64,000 nucleotides of DNA from IMG/VR virus record IMGVR_UViG_3300014203_000012, positions 32,001 to 96,000 of that record, one strand, 5' to 3'. A program made the translations under genes and the position numbers. Source of the DNA: a virus (Duplodnaviria > Caudoviricetes). Below the pieces are notes generated by a model that was given only the letters and a program-made list of their open reading frames with translations, made no database searches and was not told the DNA's origin. Positions 57,418-64,000 of this stretch are shown piece by piece. Position 1 is the stretch's first letter. Every line of letters begins with the position of its first letter.

Positions 57418-57525
57418 TGTATTTTCACCCTTTCATTATTATTAGGAGTTCTCCCCCTATCTTAAAGTTAATAATAAAATTATAAAAAATAAAAGAGGAG
57501 TATAGAAACTCCTCATATTAACCTA

Positions 57526-57939
57526 TTATTTTTTCATTATAAAAGTAGCATTCATTTCTTTTCCTTTGGAAGTAATTATAATATTGAGATCTATACTTTC
57601 AATATTATTAAAATCTTTCCATTCTCTATTAACTCCGAATAAATTAGGATTTAACATATAAGTTCCAGAACTTTGTTTTTGAAATATATTATTTTTATTC
57701 AAATCTGCTATACAATTTCCGATATGCCCCATAGAACAATTTAAAGATTTTGATATTTCTTGCTTCATCCCAGCATTAATATATATTACCTGACCATTTT
57801 CTGTTAGTGTAATTCTTTTAGTTAGCTCTTTAAATACAGGAACGTATCCTTTTGCAAGATTATTAAATCTAAATATATTTTCTAAATACTCGTTTATTCT
57901 CTCTTCTATAATATTAATCTCCCCCTTATTATTGCTCAT
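57526..57939 (-). CDS. RepL-like winged-HTH protein (start uncertain)
   Basis: KQEISKSLNCSMGHIGNCIADLNKNNIF...GTYMLNPNLFG, the pattern of the Firmicute RepL family. Confidence 0.6.
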   Translation of the reverse strand: MSNNKGEINIIEERINEYLENIFRFNNLAKGYVPVFKELTKRITLTENGQVIYINAGMKQEISKSLNCSMGHIGNCIADLNKNNIFQKQSSGTYMLNPNLFGVNREWKDFNNIESIDLNIIITSKGKEMNATFIMKK

Positions 57940-58000
57940 CTATATAATATATAACCAAAAAATAAAGGTAAGACGTAATGTCTTACCTTTATATAGTGGT

Positions 58001-58405
58001 TTAGTCAAACACTCCCAATGCAGCAAAAGCACAAGTTACATTGAAATTAATTCTATCTTGCATGTCTATAACTGGTATATACATTCTAAAAAGTGTATCA
58101 CCATCTTCTTGTACACATTCTATCAGATCCTGTATAGTATTACCCTTTAAAGTTATAACCCCTTCCCAACTATGAGTATTATCACTTTTTACTAATGACA
58201 TAGGTGTATCTGAATATACTCCATTATAAAATTCCACTTTAAATCCTGGTTTGAATGAAACTACACATCTATTTGGGGATATGTAATCTATATCAATACA
58301 ATCGCGTAAATATTTAGCATGTTCTCCAGTTACATACACTATTGCATGACTGTCAAATAAGATAGTCGGAGAGTATGCCTTAAAAGTACAATTAATTTGT
58401 TCCAT
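58001..58405 (-). CDS. Hypothetical protein
   Basis: ATG after GAGGTG; GACA-N6-TA at 58429-58440. Confidence 0.55.
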   Translation of the reverse strand: MEQINCTFKAYSPTILFDSHAIVYVTGEHAKYLRDCIDIDYISPNRCVVSFKPGFKVEFYNGVYSDTPMSLVKSDNTHSWEGVITLKGNTIQDLIECVQEDGDTLFRMYIPVIDMQDRINFNVTCAFAALGVFD

Positions 58406-58514
58406 TTTTATCACCTCATAAATATTTTTACTAGGTTGTCTGGAGAAATTTATTTTCTGACTAGTTCTAATACGTCCAACTAGTATTAAAAAATATAAGG
58501 TAAGACATTACGTC

Positions 58515-58691
58515 TTACCTTATTATATCTAATTCCTCATCTATTTTACTTTCAAGCCATTCTGTTTTAGTTTTACCTAATTTAGTAAGCTTAGCCTCAA
58601 AGCTTTCAATTTTAGTTTTATCGAGATATACGCTAAAGTTTTTCTTACTTTCTCGTCTCTTTTTAAAATATACTGCTCTGCTATCTGCCAT
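58515..58691 (-). CDS. Small ribbon-helix-helix-like DNA-binding protein (58 aa, not in the ORF track)
   Basis: MADSRAVYFKKRRESKKNFSVYLDKTKIESFEAKLTKLGKTKTEWLESKIDEEL; AAGGA RBS. Confidence 0.6.
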   Translation of the reverse strand: MADSRAVYFKKRRESKKNFSVYLDKTKIESFEAKLTKLGKTKTEWLESKIDEELDIIR

Positions 58692-58707
58692 AATATCACA
58701 GTCCTTT

Positions 58708-59028
58708 TTATATGATTTCTATAGTGCAATCTGGTACTTTAGAAATCTTTAGAAATTCAGTTAACTCCGCTAAAGATGGAGTATGTATCGCTACAGTTGC
58801 ATCAAAATTAAGTTTTGTGTAATCATAATTAAAAGTAAAGCTTTTATTAATAAATATAGAATCGGTAAAATTTAGCTTTTCTCCATCCCTATTAAATATT
58901 ATACTCATGAAATGACATCCATCCTCTAAAGTATAATCCTGGTCAAGTAAAAGTATATATTCACTTGCGTTTAATACTTTAAGTAACAATTCTGGGTCTT
59001 CTATTGTTATCTTACATTGAATTTCCAT
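58708..59028 (-). CDS. Hypothetical protein
   Basis: 106 aa, AAGGAG RBS. Confidence 0.55.
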   Translation of the reverse strand: MEIQCKITIEDPELLLKVLNASEYILLLDQDYTLEDGCHFMSIIFNRDGEKLNFTDSIFINKSFTFNYDYTKLNFDATVAIHTPSLAELTEFLKISKVPDCTIEII

Positions 59029-59042
59029 ATTAATCTCTCCTT

Positions 59043-59876
59043 TTACTTTGCTATAGGAACTCGTTCTACTATTGTTCTTTGAGCTACTGGGATGGTATTA
59101 CCATTTTTAAAGAAGGCTTGTTCTGGTAACTGATTTAATCTTCCTAGTCTGTCATATAATATTCTAGGAGTTATAGATAATAGTCTAGCCCATTGAGATA
59201 TAGTAATACTTATCCCATTACATTCAACGAATATATTATCTCTACGATTATTTGCTTGGGTGTAATCATCAGCCCATCTGCAATTTGAAGGACAATAATT
59301 GCCATTAACATCTTTCCTATCAATAGACATATGATCTGGTTTGTCTCCCATATCTGAATAGAAATTTTCAAATGATTCTACCCACGAATTGCATACAGTT
59401 ATACCTCGCCCACCATAGTCATTATAACTATTACATTTATCAGAAGAACATCGTCGAATCATTTCTTTCCATATTTTATATTCATGATAATGATTAACGG
59501 AAAATCTTTCGTATCTGCACCCACAGTTTATCGTTCTACCATTCTTTAAAGACCCACCAAGTACTGATATTAATTTACCACATTTAAGACATTTACAGAC
59601 CCATTTACGATTTAATGTTTTTCTTTCTAGATCTTCTTTAATAACAATTAATGTACCAAATTTCTGATCTACTAGATTATCTTTCTTTTCATGTCCGCAA
59701 GATTGAGATGTACCGCTTCGTAATGCACTAGATGAAACAGATCTTATTTGTTTGCATTCGCATTTACAAATCCATCTAGCGCTTATGCCACTTCCTGCAC
59801 TAGCTACTTTATCAAGTTTAATAACTTTCCATTTTCCAAATATTTGTCCTGTCAAATCAATAACTCTTTTACCCAT
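59043..59876 (-). CDS. Free-standing HNH homing endonuclease
   Basis: DLTGQIFG...WICKCEC repeats, YGGRGITVC, SIDRKDVNGNYCPSNCRWA...QANNRR. Confidence 0.88.
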   Translation of the reverse strand: MGKRVIDLTGQIFGKWKVIKLDKVASAGSGISARWICKCECKQIRSVSSSALRSGTSQSCGHEKKDNLVDQKFGTLIVIKEDLERKTLNRKWVCKCLKCGKLISVLGGSLKNGRTINCGCRYERFSVNHYHEYKIWKEMIRRCSSDKCNSYNDYGGRGITVCNSWVESFENFYSDMGDKPDHMSIDRKDVNGNYCPSNCRWADDYTQANNRRDNIFVECNGISITISQWARLLSITPRILYDRLGRLNQLPEQAFFKNGNTIPVAQRTIVERVPIAK

Positions 59877-59960
59877 AATACACCTTCTTAAATCATACAA
59901 AATAAGAGTAATACCAATATGGTATTACTCTTTATTATAATATATACTTAAGAATTATAA

Positions 59961-61601
59961 TTAAAATACTGGGTTGGTGATACGTTTTTCATCATCAGGA
60001 AGGATTAATGTAAGGTTATATAATGCCATCATTCCTTCATTTGTAGTCTGCATGATATTTTCTCCACCCAAAGAAATATAATGTGCTTTTGAGTTTAGTT
60101 GATTTCTAAGTTCCTCATTCGCTTCCACACTATAAACCGATTTGCATGAAATCTGGTCGCCATCATAATCACCACCTATACTCCCGAGATATGCGTTGCA
60201 TATCTGAGCTGTATCTATGAAAGTATTAGATGTATTCTTACCAATATCCTCTTGTCTAATCTTAGGATAGTGTGGATAAAATGTATTGTTTATAACCATA
60301 GGCTCTATTGACTTTGATGAACTTACTCTTATCTTTGTAGGGAATTGATTGTAATAACTATCAATAGGATATCTTGTAATAAGAACCATCTTATCTTTCG
60401 TCACTTCTACCGCTGCCATATAGATAAGATCGCACCAAGTGAAATCTCTATCCATGATTGGAAATTTAAGAATATCGTCTCCGTCTTTATATTGCTTTTC
60501 TGTTATACCTTTGCCCTTAAATCGAAGAGTTATATCTTTCTTCTCATCTTCTAATGGAAGTACAATTGGACGGAATCTATTTGAATATCCATGCATGAAT
60601 CTATCAAGTTCTTCTTTTAATATTGTATCAGAAAAAGAGATTTGATAGTCCTTCATTTTATATTGCTTAGTAGATCCATCTTTCATAATTACTTTTCTTA
60701 ATGGATCATTGGCAAATTCATTTTCAAAGAATCTGCGCATGTAAAAGATAATATAAGGAAAAAAGTTAGATACGACAGATGCTAATGGTACTGCCGTGTG
60801 GTCTAGATCGGTAATCATATCTTCCATACGCTCAACTTTAAGGTTAGGAGCTGACAGTACCAAGCGAGACGAGTAATCTGTTGTTTTGCTAAGATTGGCT
60901 CGTCTAAGTGTACCTCTCTTGCCTGGTATATTAGGTTCTGATGTGAGCCAATCATATATACTAACTAAGATCTCTTGTATTCTTCCTCTAACAGAATCTG
61001 CAAGAGTTAATCCATATTCAGCAGATTCTTTTAAAGAGTTAGTTGCTATGATTAGTGCGTTGTATAACTTATTTACATCTCCGACACCCACATATCCACC
61101 ATCACTATTTACATCGCGATAGTATGCTGGAATAACTATCATATCTTCGATAAACATTAAGTCTTTATATTTCTTCAAAAACTTAATATTGTTTTCTCGC
61201 TTAGAAGATTCAGTAGACTTGATTTTAATCTTATCAATATTCTTCTTTAAGAAGATTAATCCATTTTCCCCATCTTCATCTTCTACTAGTTCTCCAGCTG
61301 AGTTAATTTTAAAGCTACTTGTTCCGTGGACACATGCTCGAAAACGACTATCCATTTTACATAGTATTTTATACATCAGTGGATGTATAAAAGGAGTTTT
61401 GCCTAAAGAGATTGTAGCAAAGGTATTAGCCCTCTGTTCTTTTGATATACCAAATATCTCATTAGATAGGAGCCCGTCAGACGTAGGGGCGTTGTTTTTT
61501 GTGAAGAAGACGGCATTCGAAATTGATTGTACCTTATTAACTTTAATAAAATTAGACACGTTGAGTGGTTTTAATGAGAAGTATTTTTGTTCATCCGGCA
61601 T
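59961..61601 (-). CDS. rpoC: RNA polymerase beta' N-terminal/catalytic subunit (split; possibly virion RNAP)
   Basis: DGLLSNEIFG, VIPAYYRD, GKRGTLR...KTTDYSSRLV, TRYP, catalytic GGDYDGD. Confidence 0.9.
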   Translation of the reverse strand: MPDEQKYFSLKPLNVSNFIKVNKVQSISNAVFFTKNNAPTSDGLLSNEIFGISKEQRANTFATISLGKTPFIHPLMYKILCKMDSRFRACVHGTSSFKINSAGELVEDEDGENGLIFLKKNIDKIKIKSTESSKRENNIKFLKKYKDLMFIEDMIVIPAYYRDVNSDGGYVGVGDVNKLYNALIIATNSLKESAEYGLTLADSVRGRIQEILVSIYDWLTSEPNIPGKRGTLRRANLSKTTDYSSRLVLSAPNLKVERMEDMITDLDHTAVPLASVVSNFFPYIIFYMRRFFENEFANDPLRKVIMKDGSTKQYKMKDYQISFSDTILKEELDRFMHGYSNRFRPIVLPLEDEKKDITLRFKGKGITEKQYKDGDDILKFPIMDRDFTWCDLIYMAAVEVTKDKMVLITRYPIDSYYNQFPTKIRVSSSKSIEPMVINNTFYPHYPKIRQEDIGKNTSNTFIDTAQICNAYLGSIGGDYDGDQISCKSVYSVEANEELRNQLNSKAHYISLGGENIMQTTNEGMMALYNLTLILPDDEKRITNPVF

Positions 61602-61662
61602 AATATATTGCTCCTTTTATATTATTATACATTATACTTATTAATAATAAGTAGGATTGGAG

Positions 61663-62718
61663 ATGTTTAAATTGGGTAGAAATATTATAGATTTGACTGG
61701 GCAGATGTTTGGCTCTTGGGAAGTATTAGAGTATGATAAATCTAGTTATGGTGCCTCATCAAGATGGAAATGCCAATGCATTAATTGTAAAAAAATAAAA
61801 AGTCTAGCATCTGGGGATTTAAGAAGTGGTAAAACTAGTACTTGCAGTTGTTCACGTAGATTAGATTTGACTGGGCAAATATTTGGAAATTGGGAAGTAA
61901 TTGGATTTGATAATACAAAATGCAAAAGAATAGTAAAATGCACAAAATGTGGAGGAGTTACTGAAATTTCAACTAATAGTGTGATATATGAAAATATTCG
62001 TTGTGTTGTATGCAATTATATAGATACCAAAATCATCGATAAAGATAAACACCACCGTACTTATTCTTTTGAAGATTTGACTGGGCAAATATTTGGAAAT
62101 TGGGAGGTTATGGGGCGCTCGTCCACTAGTACTGCAAATAGAATAGTAAAATGCACAAAATGTGGAGGGGTTAAAGAAGCAGATCTACATAGAATATCTA
62201 AGAAACCAGATACTATTTTTTGTGATTCTTGCGGAGTAAGAAATACTGCATGGGGAGGTAATTGTGCGGAATATATATCAGAATATAGAACGTGGAGTTC
62301 TATGAAACAAAGATGCTATAACCCAACTGATATAAGTTATCATAATTATGGAGCAAGAGATATAACAGTTTGCGATGAATGGATAGATGATTTCAATACA
62401 TTTTTAAATGATATGGGACCGAAGCCATCTAAAGAGTATTCTATAGATAGAATAGATGTGAATGATAACTATTGTAAATTGAATTGTAAATGGTCGGATA
62501 GGACTACTCAAGGAAATAATAGAAGAAATAATGCATATGAAACTATCAATGATACAACTCTAACTAGAGTTCAATGGTATAGACTAACCAATCAGCAGAG
62601 AACATCAGTCATATATAGAATGGAAATGAATGGTATGAATTTCGAGGATGCTTTATTTAAAACATCAAGGCTATTACAAATAGTAAAACGAGTAGATATA
62701 AATAATCCCCATTCGTAG
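61663..62718 (+). CDS. Free-standing HNH homing endonuclease
   Basis: Three DLTGQ(M/I)FG(S/N)WEV/CxxC repeats, YGARDITVC, SIDRIDVNDNYCKLNCKWS...QGNNRR. Confidence 0.88.
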   Translation: MFKLGRNIIDLTGQMFGSWEVLEYDKSSYGASSRWKCQCINCKKIKSLASGDLRSGKTSTCSCSRRLDLTGQIFGNWEVIGFDNTKCKRIVKCTKCGGVTEISTNSVIYENIRCVVCNYIDTKIIDKDKHHRTYSFEDLTGQIFGNWEVMGRSSTSTANRIVKCTKCGGVKEADLHRISKKPDTIFCDSCGVRNTAWGGNCAEYISEYRTWSSMKQRCYNPTDISYHNYGARDITVCDEWIDDFNTFLNDMGPKPSKEYSIDRIDVNDNYCKLNCKWSDRTTQGNNRRNNAYETINDTTLTRVQWYRLTNQQRTSVIYRMEMNGMNFEDALFKTSRLLQIVKRVDINNPHS

Positions 62719-62781
62719 TATATATTATATCACCCCCTTTCAATTATATCGATGTTTAAGATAACAAAATAAAAGGATATG

Positions 62782-63096
62782 CTAATGCATATCCTTTTTA
62801 TCTATAAATCTAATATAAATATTATTTTTATGCATAGTAGCTTCTACCGTAAACTTATGAGAAAATAAGTTTACTCTTATTTTATCGTAAAATGCTTCCA
62901 TGTAAGAAATATCTGCAGTTTTATTAGGATGGAGCACATAATAACACCCACATTCATCTTCTTTCAGATCTATATTAATATCACTGAAAGTCCTGGCTAA
63001 CAGAGAGTATAGTGCGCAGTGTTCATCGAAATATTTGTACATTTCCTGTTCTTGATCTTTATGGCTAACTAATTTAGAAAAATCGTTTAGATTCAT
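62782..63096 (-). CDS. Hypothetical protein
   Basis: 104 aa, AGGAG RBS. Confidence 0.6.
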   Translation of the reverse strand: MNLNDFSKLVSHKDQEQEMYKYFDEHCALYSLLARTFSDINIDLKEDECGCYYVLHPNKTADISYMEAFYDKIRVNLFSHKFTVEATMHKNNIYIRFIDKKDMH

Positions 63097-63180
63097 GGTT
63101 ATGCTCCTATCGCATCAGTTACTGCTTTATTTAAAGATAAATTATTATATAACGGGATACAAAACTGTATCCCGTTATTA

Positions 63181-63393
63181 TTATATACCCAGTGCTTCCT
63201 CATCAGCTTGAGCCTGGGCATTGGCTTTTCCAACATCAGTTTTAGCTTCTTGTATTGCTGAATAATATAGATAATGCAAGAACCCCATCGGCTGTTCTAG
63301 AGCTTCTATGAAACTAATTCTACCTTTGTAGTATTTAGTTATCATATTTATTCGGTCTAGTAGCTGCCTATAGTTAGCAACTGATGCCGTGAA
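63181..63393 (-). CDS. -1 frame extension of the tail/baseplate assembly chaperone (GT-like part)
   Basis: Open frame begins at the T9 run: FTASVANYRQLLDRINMITKYYKGRISFIEALEQPMGFLHYLY...ALGI*. Internal ATG at 63345 has no clear RBS. Confidence 0.6.
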   Translation of the reverse strand, partial: FTASVANYRQLLDRINMITKYYKGRISFIEALEQPMGFLHYLYYSAIQEAKTDVGKANAQAQADEEALGI

Positions 63394-63998
63394 AAAAAAA
63401 TTTGTAAAGGCGTTCTAGGATCTGCTGGGAAATGATGTGTGCATTTAGCTCCATTTTTAAGAGTACCATTACAATCAGCTTCAGGGATCTGATAACTGAT
63501 ATCATCTTTAAGAGTCTGTGCAATTTTAGTAACTTCAGCACCAACCAAACTGTATTGATCGGAATTAAGTTGTTTGATGATATTGTAATATGCAATAACT
63601 TTGCGGCGAACAGTTTTAGTAACATTTGTTGGATCTGGATTGGTATCGATTGGAACGATAGTATTCGATTCTTTATCAATAAGGTATACGTTTTCGATAT
63701 AAGCAAGAACACTAAGAATATCAGCATATTTAGTGCTAAACTCTTCGTCAAGTGCGCTAGTTTCGAAAATTAACCCATATACATTTGGTGCTCTGAATGC
63801 AATTGCATATTCATCTGAAATTTGCACAAGTTTTGGCTCAAGAATAGAAGGGCTAGTATCCTCACCAGTAGCTAAAAGATGTTCAAACTTAGTTTTAGCT
63901 TCATCATTCGGATATTTAATCATGCTGTCGATTTTAGTTTCTTGTAAATCTAGATTTGAACATACTGGGCAATTATACGTTACAAAATTAGATTTATC
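63357..63998 (-). CDS. Baseplate hub / tail assembly chaperone (T4 gp26-like), 5' end outside the window
   Basis: Frame is open to the window edge; YNCPVC and YQIPEADC...KC Zn motifs; ends PLQIFF. Confidence 0.55.
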   Translation of the reverse strand, partial: DKSNFVTYNCPVCSNLDLQETKIDSMIKYPNDEAKTKFEHLLATGEDTSPSILEPKLVQISDEYAIAFRAPNVYGLIFETSALDEEFSTKYADILSVLAYIENVYLIDKESNTIVPIDTNPDPTNVTKTVRRKVIAYYNIIKQLNSDQYSLVGAEVTKIAQTLKDDISYQIPEADCNGTLKNGAKCTHHFPADPRTPLQIFFSRHQLLTIGSY

Positions 63999-64000
63999 AA

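Noticed and set aside
62655-62730. Hydrophobic antisense peptide behind the orphan GGGGGTG RBS
   Set aside because: No canonical start in that frame; hydrophobicity is expected from the antisense of A-rich coding DNA
1-64000. Stop-codon reassignment (as in some large gut phages)
   Set aside because: Core genes are full length in code 11. TAG ends the portal and other genes, and TGA ends the sheath gene, at sensible positions.
1-64000. tRNA or rRNA genes
   Set aside because: No cloverleaf or T-loop signature was seen in any intergenic gap; the 12876 hairpin is not tRNA-like
1-64000. Phage nucleus genes (chimallin, PhuZ tubulin)
   Set aside because: None is recognisable in this window, so a nucleus-forming lifestyle is not claimed

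Overview
This is a gene-dense, strongly AT-rich 64-kb segment of a jumbo myovirus of the phiKZ/AR9(PBS1)-like type. The host is probably a Firmicute, judging by the strong GGAGG/GGGGG RBSs and the SpoVK-like, RepL-like and GH73 genes. Virion genes: portal (5' truncated by the window), tail tube, tail sheath, terminase large subunit, neck-like proteins, T4-gp21-like prohead protease, major capsid and inner-head proteins, and a gp26-like tail/baseplate chaperone (5' truncated). Information-processing genes: three separate RNA polymerase beta' fragments, a gp68/gp226-like sigma-like subunit, a split family-B DNA polymerase, primase, SF2 helicase, a putative SSB and a GroEL-like chaperonin. Two phage promoter classes are readable directly: TATATATTATATA-nn-TGAG, and (A/T/G)AC(A/T)-N6-T(A/G), which resembles the AR9 late promoter. 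Most notable observations: (1) a second, truncated paralog of the sigma-like subunit; (2) a short IVERV-type peptide motif shared, with different codons, by unrelated DNA-acting proteins; (3) four dispersed RCC1/BLIP-II propeller cassettes with hypervariable loops, one bracketed by a perfect 51-bp direct repeat; (4) a probable programmed -1 frameshift in the tail chaperone; (5) a GC-rich hairpin/sRNA candidate. All product calls come from recognising motifs by eye; no database searches were run.
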